From: an uncultured Eubacteriales bacterium | Lineage (GTDB): Bacteria > Bacillota > Clostridia > Oscillospirales > CAG-272 | Assembly: GCA_934373635.1 (NCBI GenBank) | Contig: CAKROZ010000002.1 | Span: 123,540 to 187,539 of the forward strand | Reading direction: 5' to 3' | DNA length: 64,000 bases | Part shown: positions 7,824-17,424 of the stretch, piece by piece | How the letters are laid out: each line of letters opens with the position of its first letter | Position numbering within the stretch: the first letter of the stretch is position 1 | Translations under genes and position numbers: made by a program | The notes under the pieces: model-generated | What the model was told of the DNA's origin: nothing | Database searches by the model: none | What the model saw: the letters and a program-made list of their open reading frames with translations, nothing else

Positions 7824-8984
7824 TCAAAGATCGCTTTCGCGGTTTTCGAGGGCGGCGAGGGCGATGCGGAAGGCGCGGGCGGCGGTGAGGCGCTCTTCCT
7901 CCGACTCGCTCTCGAGGAGGGGCAGAAGCTTGCGATAGACCTCGCCCGAGGCGGTCATGTCGCGCTCGAAATGCTCGGTGCCGTAGAGGGGCAGCGTCTT
8001 GTCGACAAGATCGAAGAAATAGAGTCCGAAGGCATCCGACTCGAGGTTCTTCTGCACGATGAAATCGGGGGCGATGTTACCGACCAGCTCGACGCGCAGG
8101 GCGGTGTCCATGCCGTACTTCTTATCGCTGATGAGGCGGCTGATGCGGCTGATGATCTCGTTGCCCGTATCGACGCCCGTGATGTCCATCTGCTCGGTGA
8201 CGAAGCGGAGATGCCCGAAGGACAGGCGCTTGACATCGATGGAAAGCTCACCCTCGTTGTGGTCGACGACAATCAGATTCGCGCCACCGATACCCGGCTC
8301 GGCAAAGCCCGTGCATTCGAGCGAGCCGCAATAGCTGTAAATGGAATCGCCGAGCTTCACGAAATCGCCCGCGGCGTGGCGGGAGCCGAGCGCGTAATAA
8401 TCGGCGCCGAACTTCTTCAGATCGCTCTCGGAGATCGGGCAACAGGTGGAATCGATCGTCCCGTCAAGGTCGGCATAGCCGCAGACAAGGTTGATGCGAG
8501 AGGGGTCGTCCACATGCTTTTCATAGAGGGGGCTCTCGGTGAGCGTCTCCCCACAGAATGCCCAACCGTAGACCGTGACGTTGTATTTTTCAAAGTCGAA
8601 GCGTTGGAGCTTATCCTCCGAAAAGACATAGACGTTCGCGGGGAGGCGTCCCGAGGTATAGATGGGGTTATTGCGGTAAAAATCGCTCTTGCCCGGGGAG
8701 ATGATGAAAACGGTGTCGGGGCAATTGCGGAACTCGCGGATCAGAACCTCTGCCGTCGTATTCGTCGCGAAGCGCACGTCAAAGAGGTCGCCGCTGATCA
8801 GAACGACGTTGACTCCGCGGTCGCGCACATACTGCATCGTGCGCATGAAGGAATCGCGCAGGGCGCGGCGGCGCTCGTCGCTCTTCTCCGCCGTGAGCCC
8901 CGAAAAGGGCGTATCGAGGTGGATATCGCTGCAATGCAAAAAGCGAAGGTGCGTATTCTTTTTCATTTCGCTCATGGCTGACAT
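7824..8984 (-). CDS. Calcineurin-like metallophosphoesterase (SbcD/YhaO-like DNA repair exonuclease family)
   Basis: LRFLHCSDIHLD and VLISGDLFD are metallophosphoesterase motifs I and II. The start is ambiguous among ATG 8984, 8975 and 8966. The 402-aa plus-strand ORF is antisense. Confidence 0.7.
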   Translation of the reverse strand: MSAMSEMKKNTHLRFLHCSDIHLDTPFSGLTAEKSDERRRALRDSFMRTMQYVRDRGVNVVLISGDLFDVRFATNTTAEVLIREFRNCPDTVFIISPGKSDFYRNNPIYTSGRLPANVYVFSEDKLQRFDFEKYNVTVYGWAFCGETLTESPLYEKHVDDPSRINLVCGYADLDGTIDSTCCPISESDLKKFGADYYALGSRHAAGDFVKLGDSIYSYCGSLECTGFAEPGIGGANLIVVDHNEGELSIDVKRLSFGHLRFVTEQMDITGVDTGNEIISRISRLISDKKYGMDTALRVELVGNIAPDFIVQKNLESDAFGLYFFDLVDKTLPLYGTEHFERDMTASGEVYRKLLPLLESESEEERLTAARAFRIALAALENRESDL

Positions 8985-9092
8985 TTCCTTTCCGATGAAT
9001 GGATGACGTTTGATTTTCTCTTCGTTTTCTATAAGTATAGCATCCTTTTTTTCTTTTTGCAATGATTTTGGCAAAAAAACTTGAAAAATGTC

Positions 9093-9121
9093 TTGAAACG
9101 GGAAAAGTTTTATGCTACAAT
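9093..9121 (+). promoter_or_regulatory. SigmaA-type promoter (TTGAAA-17-TACAAT, TG-extended)
   Basis: TTGAAA at 9093-9098 and TACAAT at 9116-9121. It lies ~245 nt upstream of the methyltransferase start. Confidence 0.55.
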
Positions 9122-9367
9122 ATAGTTAATAAATTCGGGCAGAATGAAAAGCGGCGGGAAGATCCCCCGCATTTCGGGAGAAATACCCCGTTTTGCCCCT
9201 TTTGAACATCTCCGAAAACAAAGCGCGGGACAGGGAGCGGAAGACATTTTTCCTCCGGCGGGAAGCGATGCGGGTCACGCTCGGCTCGTCCGACGAGAGG
9301 CTCTCTCCTTTGCGCACCGTTTTCGGCGGTGACCCCCTCGAATCTATCGGAAAGGTCGTGGCGAATC

Positions 9368-10891
9368 ATGCTCAATCTGACTTGCAGAAACACGGGAAAG
9401 CTCATCCGTGCGAAATCCGCGAGTGAAAATATCCGACTCGGCAGACTTTTTACAAAGAAAGAAACGGCGCGCCGCATGGCGTCGATGTTCACCCTCGACA
9501 AGGCGAAGACCGCCTATACGGTCCTCGACCCGGGCGCGGGTACGGGAATCCTCTCCGCCGCGGTGGTGGAACGGATCTGTCGCGAGGCGCCGAAGTGCCG
9601 TCAGATCTTCCTCACCTGTTATGAGACGGACGAGGCGTTTCTTCCGATGCTCGAAGACAATCTCGAGCGCATCCGCAAAAAGTGCCGTCACGATTACGGC
9701 GTCAAGCTCTTCATCACGGTCTACCCCGAGAATTATATCGTCGACGCGAAGCGGCATTACACCGTCACGCTGACCGAGACGGCGGAGGACACCTTTGACC
9801 TCATTCTCTGCAACCCGCCGACGGGACTCTGCGAAAAGCGCTCGGAGGAGGCATCCTCCGCGGGCGGCATCACGCAGGTGAAGATCTCGGAGGCGTATCT
9901 CTTCGCGAAGACCGCGATGCGCCATCTCGAGCCCGACGGACAGCTTGTCATTCTGCTTCCGACCGCGTTTGCCACGGCGGCGGCACTGACCCCCGTCAGA
10001 CGCGAGATCTTCTCACGCGTGGTGCTCGACGGGATCCATCTCTTCGTCGGCAAGCAAAAGAACGCGAAGCGGGCGATCCCCCTCAAAAAGAACATGATCC
10101 TCAAATTTCGCCGCGGCGACGCAAACGAGACGGTGGCGATCTCCACATCGACCGACGAGGGCTCCGAGCTCCTGACGGTCGCCCTGCCCCCTCTTCCCTA
10201 CGCGTTCGTGGTGGACGGACGGGACGGCTCACTGACCCTGCCGAAGAGCGTGGAGGACACGCGCATCGTCAAGTATATTTCGGATTTTCCAGAGACGCTC
10301 TCGACACTCGGTCTGAAGATGTCGACGGGTCTGATCCTTGACTCCCGCTGTGACGGGCTGCTCTTCTCCGAGCCGATCAAGGGGACGATCCCTCTGATCC
10401 GCCCCGCCGCGATCCGCGGAGGGCGGGTGGAATTCCCCCTGCCGATCCGCCGTCAGTACATCGCCCCCGTGCGGGACAACCTCTGCCAGCGGAACAAGAA
10501 CCTGATCGTGGTCAAGCGGGTGCCCGCGAAGAGCGACGAGCGCTTCTTCAACTGCGCGATCTACCTCGCGTCCCAGCTCCCGACCTACCCGCTCATCAGC
10601 ACGCACAACAAGATCAACTACATCGACACGAAGGACAAGGGGGGCGAGATCTGCGCGCGCTTCGCCTACGGGCTGTTCGCACTTCTCAACTCGACCATCT
10701 ACGACCGCTACATCTCCATCGTGACAAAATCGAAGCAGATCAACGCGAAGGAATTCCGCGATCTCCCTCTTCCGCCGCGAAATCTCATTGAGAATATGGG
10801 GATGCGTCTCATGGCGATGCGGACGCTGGATGTCAAGTCCTGCGACTCGGTTGTAAATCCGACTTTACATATCATTGATAAAACGCTCTAA
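9368..10891 (+). CDS. N6-adenine DNA methyltransferase-like protein (Eco57I/TaqI-like gamma class) with a variant motif IV
   Basis: Motif I is VLDPGAGTGIL. Motif IV reads LCNPPTG (NPPT rather than NPPY/F). There is a long C-terminal TRD-like region. The start is uncertain (ATG 9368 or GTG 9329). Confidence 0.65.
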   Translation: MLNLTCRNTGKLIRAKSASENIRLGRLFTKKETARRMASMFTLDKAKTAYTVLDPGAGTGILSAAVVERICREAPKCRQIFLTCYETDEAFLPMLEDNLERIRKKCRHDYGVKLFITVYPENYIVDAKRHYTVTLTETAEDTFDLILCNPPTGLCEKRSEEASSAGGITQVKISEAYLFAKTAMRHLEPDGQLVILLPTAFATAAALTPVRREIFSRVVLDGIHLFVGKQKNAKRAIPLKKNMILKFRRGDANETVAISTSTDEGSELLTVALPPLPYAFVVDGRDGSLTLPKSVEDTRIVKYISDFPETLSTLGLKMSTGLILDSRCDGLLFSEPIKGTIPLIRPAAIRGGRVEFPLPIRRQYIAPVRDNLCQRNKNLIVVKRVPAKSDERFFNCAIYLASQLPTYPLISTHNKINYIDTKDKGGEICARFAYGLFALLNSTIYDRYISIVTKSKQINAKEFRDLPLPPRNLIENMGMRLMAMRTLDVKSCDSVVNPTLHIIDKTL

Positions 10892-10905
10892 CTATTATGC
10901 AAAAA

Positions 10906-10951
10906 CCTCACGAAAGAGCTACATTGCGGCTCCTTCGTGAGGTCTTTTTTT
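10906..10951 (+). terminator. Rho-independent terminator
   Basis: CCTCACGAA...TTCGTGAGG followed by TCTTTTTTT. Confidence 0.7.
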
Positions 10952-11114
10952 CTTGAAAGTCCACTTTCGCTGCACCTCACCGCTTCTTTGTTTTTATAGA
11001 CTTCAGCAAAACAAGCGTGCGCATATTAAGACAAGTACACCCCAATCGTGGAAATTGCCATTTTCCACGAATTGTTTTCTCATTCATGGCATGAAAGCTA
11101 CCTTCCGGAGATGT

Positions 11115-12110
11115 CTAGACTTTTTCGGTAAGGATTGACGAGGTGGTTTTGCTTGCCATGTCCATGAGGGTCAGGGTCGCTTCGGTAAGGTCGAGGTAGG
11201 AGGTCGGAGAGCGCTTTCCTTCCGTCATTTCGAGAAAGGCTTCGATCTCGAAGCGCATGTTGTTTTCTTCCGCGGCAAAGGGGAGGGTGACGGGTTCCTT
11301 TCCGCGGGGAACATAGCGGAGTTCCTTCGGTTCGGTGAGCTTATCGATGCGAAGGGCGCCGTCCTCTCCTTCGATCACGCTCGCTTCCATGGCGTTATGA
11401 ACCTTGGAATAGGAAACGGTCGCCAAAAAGCCGCGGGACTTGTAGGAAAGCGCGAGATCGCCCGCCGCCTCAAAGCCGTTGTCGAGGAAGACCGCGCGGG
11501 CGCTCATCTCCTCGGGCATCCGGAAAAGGGAGAGACAGAGGTGCAACGGATAGACCCCGATATCGAGCAGGGCGCTGTTGCCGATGGAGGGGTCGAAGGC
11601 GTTCTTCACCTCCCCGCGGCGAAAGGCATCGTAGCGGGAGGAATACTGGCAAAAGACGAGGGAGACACGGCGGATGCGCCCGAGGGCGGGCAAGGTCTTT
11701 CGCACGATGTCATAGGCGGGATCAAAGTCGGGGCGCATCGCCTCAAGCAGGACGAGCCCCGTCCGCTCTGCCTCCTCCCGCATTTCCCGAAAGTCCGCTT
11801 CGGTGAGTGCCGCGCTCTTTTCCACCAGCACATGCCGTCCCGCGCGCAGGGCGCGGAGAGTCTGCTCTTTATGGCAAAAGTGCGGAGTGGCAATGTAAAC
11901 GCCGTGAACGGCGGGATCTTCGAGCATGCGGTCGTAATCGGTATAGACCGTAAGGCCGCCGTGGCGGGCGGCGAAGGCATTCCCCGTCTCTTCCTTTCGG
12001 GAAAAAAGGGCAACGGCGCGCGCCCCCTCGACATGAGATAGCGCGTCAAGGAAGCGATCGACGATGGCTCCCGTGCCGACGACGGCAAATCCGAACGTAT
12101 TCTTTCTCAT
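11115..12110 (-). CDS. Gfo/Idh/MocA-family NAD(P)-dependent oxidoreductase
   Basis: MRKNTFGFAVVGTGAIVDRFLDAL contains a Rossmann GxGxxg motif, and HVLVEKS matches the EKP-like motif. There is an ATGA overlap with the upstream gene. Confidence 0.75.
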   Translation of the reverse strand: MRKNTFGFAVVGTGAIVDRFLDALSHVEGARAVALFSRKEETGNAFAARHGGLTVYTDYDRMLEDPAVHGVYIATPHFCHKEQTLRALRAGRHVLVEKSAALTEADFREMREEAERTGLVLLEAMRPDFDPAYDIVRKTLPALGRIRRVSLVFCQYSSRYDAFRRGEVKNAFDPSIGNSALLDIGVYPLHLCLSLFRMPEEMSARAVFLDNGFEAAGDLALSYKSRGFLATVSYSKVHNAMEASVIEGEDGALRIDKLTEPKELRYVPRGKEPVTLPFAAEENNMRFEIEAFLEMTEGKRSPTSYLDLTEATLTLMDMASKTTSSILTEKV

Positions 12111-12589
12111 CTGCGGACCAACCACAAAACAAAGAGAACGACGGCGCAGATCGCGATGCCGATCCATGCGTAATTCAGGATGTGATCGAATTTTTTGTTC
12201 TTCTCCTCCTCCGCACGGTCAAGGGCGCGATCCTCCTCCGACTCGAGAAGCTCCTCGGGGATCTCGTCGAGTTCTCCCTCCTCTTTCTTTTCGTCCTCGG
12301 AGAAATCGTAGGTACCCGCGCGGATGCCCTCGGCGCGTGTCGCGGCGGTGTCGAGGATCTCCTTTACGGTCTCATAGGTCGCCTCGTCATCGGTGCCCGA
12401 AGCGGCAAGGTCGGCGGAGATTTTCTCTGCCGCGGCAGAGATCGCGTCGGGGTCGCGTCCCTCCGTGACGGTATCGAAGTGCTCCGCGCAGGCGGGACAG
12501 AGATAGCGGGGATGCCCGAAGCCTCCCATCGTCAGAATGGCGGGCGACTCCCCCTCGATCGGGGCGGAACATACGGCACAGCGGTTCAT
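12107..12589 (-). CDS. Hypothetical tail-anchored protein with an N-terminal CxxC...CxxC zinc ribbon and an acidic linker
   Basis: MNRCAVCSAP...YLCPACAEHF, an acidic middle region, and a C-terminal hydrophobic helix WIGIAICAVVLFVLWLV. ATGA overlaps occur on both sides. Confidence 0.5.
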   Translation of the reverse strand: MNRCAVCSAPIEGESPAILTMGGFGHPRYLCPACAEHFDTVTEGRDPDAISAAAEKISADLAASGTDDEATYETVKEILDTAATRAEGIRAGTYDFSEDEKKEEGELDEIPEELLESEEDRALDRAEEEKNKKFDHILNYAWIGIAICAVVLFVLWLVRR

Positions 12590-12753
12590 TGCTTTTTCTC
12601 TCCTTTTGTTTTTTCGCCGCGGATCTCGGCGCGAAACCATGCGAGGTACTCGGCACGCAGAAGGGTCTGCTCCCGCTTTTCCTCCTCGGTCAGATCGCGT
12701 GTTTTCATGAGCCTTCCGAGCTCGTTGATGCGGTCGATCTTCTCTTTTTCCAT
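12586..12753 (-). CDS. DUF896 (UPF0291/YnzC-like) small protein
   Basis: MEKEKIDRINELGRLMKTRDLTEEEKREQTLLRAEYLAWFRAEIRG follows GGAGGAA. Confidence 0.65.
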   Translation of the reverse strand: MEKEKIDRINELGRLMKTRDLTEEEKREQTLLRAEYLAWFRAEIRGEKTKGEKKQ

Positions 12754-12834
12754 CGGAAGTTCCTCCGTTTTTTCTTTTATTTTACCACAAGCGGATTTTT
12801 TTTGCAATCTTTTTTCCAAATTCCCGAAAAAATC

Positions 12835-12863
12835 TTGAAATTTCCGTTCGGATGCGCTATACT
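12835..12863 (+). promoter_or_regulatory. SigmaA-type promoter (TTGAAA-17-TATACT)
   Basis: Read directly, upstream of the PfkB kinase gene. Confidence 0.55.
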
Positions 12864-13003
12864 ATATAAAAAAGGTATACATTCGGAAAAACGGCATATC
12901 TGCGGGCGACAAAGGGGTTCTCCCGCGCGCCGCGTTTCCGATTCTTCCCTGCGAATTCCCTGCAAATTCTTTTGAGAAAAAACGATCAAAGGCGGACGGA
13001 TAT

Positions 13004-13957
13004 ATGAAATATACGACGGTCATCGGCGTTTCTTTTGTGGACGTGAAGGGATACCCGAAGGGGGTCTATGTGCCCGACGGACGAAATCTCGGCAGGATCG
13101 AGACGGTAGAAGGGGGCGTCGCGCGCAACATTGCGGAAAACTTCGCGGCGTGCGGGCTCCCCGTCCGCTTCGTGAGTTTATCCGACCTGTCGGCGTTCGG
13201 CGTCTCGGTGACGCGGCATCTTGCGGAGATCGGCGTCGACACCCGCTATCTGAAGGTGGTGCCCGACGGCGGCATCGGCATGTGGATGGTCGTCCTGAAC
13301 GAGACGGGAGACGCGGCGGGACAGATCTCCATGATGCCCGACACCGCGCCCCTCCTCTCCCTCGTCGACGAGGATGCGGAGCGGCTGATGGCGGAGGCGA
13401 AGAGCGTCATTCTCGAGATCGACCTCGGAGAGGAGATCGCCGAGCGGGTGATCCTCGCCGCCGAGCGGTACGGGGTGCCCGTCTATGCCATCGTGGGCAA
13501 TCTCTCGGTGATTGAAAAGCGTCCCGACCTGCTCTTCCGCACCGAATGTATCGTGTGTAACGCGGTGGAGTTCGGCAAGCTGTTCTCCGCCGACCTGCGA
13601 AAGAATTCGCCCGAGGAAATGGTCGCGTTTCTGCAAAAGGTGCGCACTCCCTCTCTGCCCTCCGTCATCGTAACGCTCGGCGCCGCGGGGTCTGTGACCT
13701 ACGACCGGAGGACAGGCTCCTTCGGCATCGTACCCGCCGAAAAGGTGCGGGTGGTGGACACGAGCGGAGCGGGCGACGCCTTCCTCTCGGGGGTGGTGAT
13801 GGGCAGAGATCACGCACTCTCCCTCACCGAGAGCGCCGCCATCGGCACACATCTCGCGGCACTCGCCATTGGGACGAACCGCAGTGCGGTGCAAAAAAAC
13901 GACGACATTTTGCATCTTCTCCGCTGTTTTATCAAAGAACCTGCGGAGATGCTATAA
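13004..13957 (+). CDS. PfkB-family carbohydrate/nucleoside kinase (pseudouridine-kinase-like)
   Basis: GGVARNIAEN near the N-terminus and DTSGAGDAF near the C-terminus are the PfkB signatures. Confidence 0.7.
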   Translation: MKYTTVIGVSFVDVKGYPKGVYVPDGRNLGRIETVEGGVARNIAENFAACGLPVRFVSLSDLSAFGVSVTRHLAEIGVDTRYLKVVPDGGIGMWMVVLNETGDAAGQISMMPDTAPLLSLVDEDAERLMAEAKSVILEIDLGEEIAERVILAAERYGVPVYAIVGNLSVIEKRPDLLFRTECIVCNAVEFGKLFSADLRKNSPEEMVAFLQKVRTPSLPSVIVTLGAAGSVTYDRRTGSFGIVPAEKVRVVDTSGAGDAFLSGVVMGRDHALSLTESAAIGTHLAALAIGTNRSAVQKNDDILHLLRCFIKEPAEML

Positions 13958-14053
13958 GTTATCCGATTTGAATTTCAATCTCTTTCGGGCGGGACACCGC
14001 GGGCTACATTCGCTCGACACCCCGCCGCAAGAACCATGGCAAGGAGGAACATC

Positions 14054-15112
14054 GTGAGTCTTTCTTTTTCCGACTATGAAAAATTCCGACGGCTTACCGC
14101 GACCTTCCGACGAAATTACCGTCTGACCTCTCTGTATGCCGCCTACCTCTCGCACTGTCCCGAGTGGATGGACGGGCGGGCGGTACGGACGCTCTGCGAG
14201 GACGGGAGACTCTCCGAGCGGGAGACGGTCGCCGCCCTGCTCGCCGAAGCGCTCGGCATCGACGCGGCGGGAGAGGCGGAGGAGCGGATTCTCTATCGCG
14301 ACTACCTGCTCCCCTCCGTGCGGATTCTCGACACGAAGGATTTTCTCGCCGACGATTACATACGCACGGTGCGCGTCTTGGACGCGGTACGCGGGCGCTT
14401 CGCGATCAGAAACGAGAAGTACCCCGCCTACCGTGCGGCGATCGCGGGGGACATGGAGGTTTCGGACGACTTTCGCGAGATCCCGCCGCTCGGCTTCTTC
14501 CGTGAGGAATTCCCCTTTCTCGCCGTGACGGAGGACGGCAACGAATGGATGACGCTGACCCCTGCGGACACGGTGACCTCCCGCGAGGCGATCGCGGCGG
14601 CGAGAGGGCGGGTCGTGACCTTCGGTCTCGGACTCGGGTACTACGCATTCCACGCGGCAAACAAGCCCTCGGTGGAGAGCGTCACGGTGATTGAAAAGAG
14701 TCCCGACGTCATCGGACTGTTCGAAGAGCGGCTTCTCCCTCTCTTCCCGCACCGAGAGAAGATTCGCATCCTCCGTGCCGACGCCTTCGATTACGCGGAG
14801 CACGACGCGCCGCGCGAAAGGTATGACGTCGCCTTCGTCGACACGTGGCGGGACGCGTCGGACGGATGTCCGATGTACTTGAGGATGAAGCCCCTCGAAA
14901 GGCGAAATTCGGGGACGGAATTTCACTATTGGATCGAGGGCTTTCTGCTCTCGAGACTCCGATCGCTCAGGCTGTCGGGGCTTGTCGAAAAAGAGGAAAA
15001 TTCCTCGCACGGGGTTCGCGGGGACGTGACGTTTTCCGAGCTTTCCGAAAGCCTTTCGGACGCGGCACTCCGCCGTGACGCGGCGAATGGAACCCTCGAA
15101 TTTTGTGTATAA
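14054..15112 (+). CDS. Hypothetical protein with a spermidine-synthase-like class I methyltransferase fold
   Basis: A GTG at 14054 lies 6 nt after AAGGAGG. VVTFGLGLGYYAF...VTVIEKSPDVIGLF...YDVAFVDTW resembles the polyamine aminopropyltransferase-like SAM-binding core. Confidence 0.45.
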   Translation: MSLSFSDYEKFRRLTATFRRNYRLTSLYAAYLSHCPEWMDGRAVRTLCEDGRLSERETVAALLAEALGIDAAGEAEERILYRDYLLPSVRILDTKDFLADDYIRTVRVLDAVRGRFAIRNEKYPAYRAAIAGDMEVSDDFREIPPLGFFREEFPFLAVTEDGNEWMTLTPADTVTSREAIAAARGRVVTFGLGLGYYAFHAANKPSVESVTVIEKSPDVIGLFEERLLPLFPHREKIRILRADAFDYAEHDAPRERYDVAFVDTWRDASDGCPMYLRMKPLERRNSGTEFHYWIEGFLLSRLRSLRLSGLVEKEENSSHGVRGDVTFSELSESLSDAALRRDAANGTLEFCV

Positions 15113-15131
15113 TGAAAACAGTTCTTTTCAT
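15112..15131 (+). promoter_or_regulatory. Perfect 7-6-7 inverted repeat (ATGAAAA-CAGTTC-TTTTCAT) between a TG-extended TATAAT and the copA RBS; possible operator
   Basis: Read directly. TGTGTATAAT lies at 15103-15112. No known CopY or CsoR box is matched. Confidence 0.3.
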
Positions 15132-15148
15132 TTAGAAAGGATTTTAGA

Positions 15149-17347
15149 ATGAAAACCAAATTCAAGATCACCGGTATGATGTGTGCGGCGTGCGCCGCGC
15201 ATGTGGAAAATGCCGTCCGTTCTCTCCCCGGGGTCTCCTCGGTGGCAGTCAGCCTTCTGACCGCCTCGATGGAGGTGGAGCATGAGGGGGACGTCGACGC
15301 CATCGTCGCGGCGGTACACCGCGCGGGGTACGGGGCAAAGCCGCTTGCCGAGGGGGAGGTCATCACCCTTGACGCGCCGACGAAGAAAAACCATCTGCCC
15401 CTGATCTTCTCTCTGATCCTCGCGGCACTTCTCATGTATGTGGCGATGGGAGACATGATGTCTCTTCCCTATCCCGAGTTTCTCTCGCATATGCACAACC
15501 CGCGGCTGAATCTCGCCGTGCAGTTTATCCTGACGATCCCGATCGTGATCCTCAACTACCGCTATTTCGTCGGAGGGACGCGCTCCCTTCTCGCGGGCGC
15601 GCCGAACATGGATTCCCTGATCGCGCTCGGCTCGGGGACGGCGATCCTTTACGGCACCGTGATCTTCGGAATGGTGCTCTTCGGCGAGCCGTCCCACTCG
15701 CTCGCGATGAAGGCGACCTTTGAGTCGGGGGGCATGATCCTCGCGCTCGTGACGCTCGGCAAGACGCTCGAGGGCGGGGCAAAGGATCGGACGGCGGGTG
15801 CCATTCGTGCGCTCTCCTCCCTGACGCCCGACACCGTGCGGGTCAGGCGCGGCGGAGAGGAGGTCTCGATCGGAACGGCGGAGCTGACGCTCGATGACAC
15901 GCTGATCCTCCGCGAAGGCGAACGAATCCCCTGCGACGGTGTGATCCTGTCGGGTTCTCTCTCGGTGGACGCGTCGGCGCTGACGGGCGAGAGTCTTCCC
16001 GTCGACAAAAAAGAGGGGGACGAGCTCTCCGCGGGATGCGTGGTCTTCGGCGGATATGCGGAGGTGCGTCCCCTGCGGATCGGGGCGAACACTTCTCTTT
16101 CGGAAACGGTGCGTATGGTGAGCGAGGCGGCGGCGACCAAGGCGCCGATCGCAAAGCTCGCCGACCGTGTGAGCTCCTTCTTTGTCCCCGCCGTGCTCGG
16201 AATCGCGGCGGGGACCTTCCTTATTTGGATTCTCGTGACGCACGACGTAACGGCATCGATCAACCATGCCATCAGCGTGCTCGTGATCTCCTGCCCCTGC
16301 GCGCTCGGACTCGCGACGCCGACCGCCATCATGTGTGCGATGGGCAAGGGTGCGGGACTCGGAATTCTCATCAAGAGCGCCGAGGCGCTCGAAGAGGTCG
16401 GACGGGTACGGCGCATTGCGTTTGACAAGACGGGCACGCTGACCGAAGGAAAAATGCGGGTGCTCGACTATGCGCTCGCCGACGGAAAAACCAAGGATGC
16501 GCTCTTCTCCGCGGCGGGAGCGGCGGAAAGAGAGTCGAAGCATCCGATCGCATCCGCCATCTCCGCCTTTACCGACGGAGCGGCGGTCTATGAGATCGAA
16601 AAGGTCTCCTCCGTCGTCGGTCGCGGGGTATATGTCAAATGTAAGGAAGGCTCCTTCGCGGTCGGAAACGCCGCGATGATGGAGGACTGCGACGCGGACA
16701 TTTCCCCTCTCGCCGACTTTGCCGCACGGGCGGAGGCGGAAGGTGCCGCCGTCATTTACACGGCGGATGAGGACGGATTGCTCGGCGCCTTTGCGGTAGC
16801 GGACACGCCGAGAGCCGAAAGCCGCGACGCCCTCGCGGAGCTGTCCCGTCTCGGGGTGCGCTCCGTCATGCTGACGGGAGATGCGGCACCCGCGGCAAAA
16901 CATGTGGCGGCAGAGGTCGGCGTGGACGAGTATTACGCTTCCCTCTCCCCTGCGGGAAAAGGAGAAAAAATCCGCGAGATCTCCGCGACGGAAAAGGTCG
17001 CCATGGTGGGCGACGGCATCAACGACGCGCTTCCTCTCGTTGCCGCCGATATCGGCATTGCGATGGGGCGGGGCAGCGATGTCGCCATCGAAAGCTGCGA
17101 CGTGGTGCTCCGCAGAGACAACATTCGCGACGTGGTGAAGCTCGTGCGTCTCGGTCGCCTGACGCTCCGCAAGGTGCGGGAGAACCTCTTCTGGGCGCTC
17201 ATTTACAACTGCATCTGTATTCCGATCGCGGCGGGCGCACTGACGGGGCTCGGCGTGACGCTCTCTCCGATGATGGCATCCGCCGCGATGGCGTTGTCCT
17301 CTCTGACCGTCGTTCTGAATGCTCTTACAATTCGTTATTTTCACTGA
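15149..17347 (+). CDS. copA: Copper-translocating P1B-type ATPase
   Basis: The N-terminal HMA domain carries GMMCAACAAHV. The CPC motif is VISCPCALGLATP. The phosphorylation site is DKTGTLT, and the hinge is GDGINDA. Confidence 0.9.
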   Translation: MKTKFKITGMMCAACAAHVENAVRSLPGVSSVAVSLLTASMEVEHEGDVDAIVAAVHRAGYGAKPLAEGEVITLDAPTKKNHLPLIFSLILAALLMYVAMGDMMSLPYPEFLSHMHNPRLNLAVQFILTIPIVILNYRYFVGGTRSLLAGAPNMDSLIALGSGTAILYGTVIFGMVLFGEPSHSLAMKATFESGGMILALVTLGKTLEGGAKDRTAGAIRALSSLTPDTVRVRRGGEEVSIGTAELTLDDTLILREGERIPCDGVILSGSLSVDASALTGESLPVDKKEGDELSAGCVVFGGYAEVRPLRIGANTSLSETVRMVSEAAATKAPIAKLADRVSSFFVPAVLGIAAGTFLIWILVTHDVTASINHAISVLVISCPCALGLATPTAIMCAMGKGAGLGILIKSAEALEEVGRVRRIAFDKTGTLTEGKMRVLDYALADGKTKDALFSAAGAAERESKHPIASAISAFTDGAAVYEIEKVSSVVGRGVYVKCKEGSFAVGNAAMMEDCDADISPLADFAARAEAEGAAVIYTADEDGLLGAFAVADTPRAESRDALAELSRLGVRSVMLTGDAAPAAKHVAAEVGVDEYYASLSPAGKGEKIREISATEKVAMVGDGINDALPLVAADIGIAMGRGSDVAIESCDVVLRRDNIRDVVKLVRLGRLTLRKVRENLFWALIYNCICIPIAAGALTGLGVTLSPMMASAAMALSSLTVVLNALTIRYFH

Positions 17348-17355
17348 AAATCCTC

Positions 17356-17384
17356 TTGACAAAGCGCATGTGATATGGTATACT
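17356..17384 (+). promoter_or_regulatory. SigmaA-type promoter (TTGACA-17-TATACT)
   Basis: Read directly. Confidence 0.6.
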
Positions 17385-17424
17385 TTAAGAAAATCAATGA
17401 TTTCCCGAAAAGGAGCTTTTTTCC

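Noticed and set aside
7773-8981. A 402-aa plus-strand ORF opposite the metallophosphoesterase gene
   Set aside because: It is an antisense shadow with no RBS and no motifs. The minus strand carries the DxH/GD phosphoesterase motifs.
9144-9332. Small ORFs (62-77 aa) in the long leader of the methyltransferase gene
   Set aside because: They have no convincing Shine-Dalgarno sequences and their composition is Arg/Ser/Gly-rich. I treat the region as an untranslated leader of unknown function.
13952-15010. Other long shadow ORFs (13952-15010 minus, 18811-20055 plus, 27371-28873 minus, 25061-26104 minus, 38166-39086 plus, 40042-41181 plus, 22893-23969 plus)
   Set aside because: Each lies opposite a gene with clear family motifs and has Arg/Gly/Asp-rich, motif-free sequence.
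15128-17362. A 744-aa minus-strand ORF opposite copA
   Set aside because: It is an antisense shadow. The plus strand has all the P1B-ATPase signatures.
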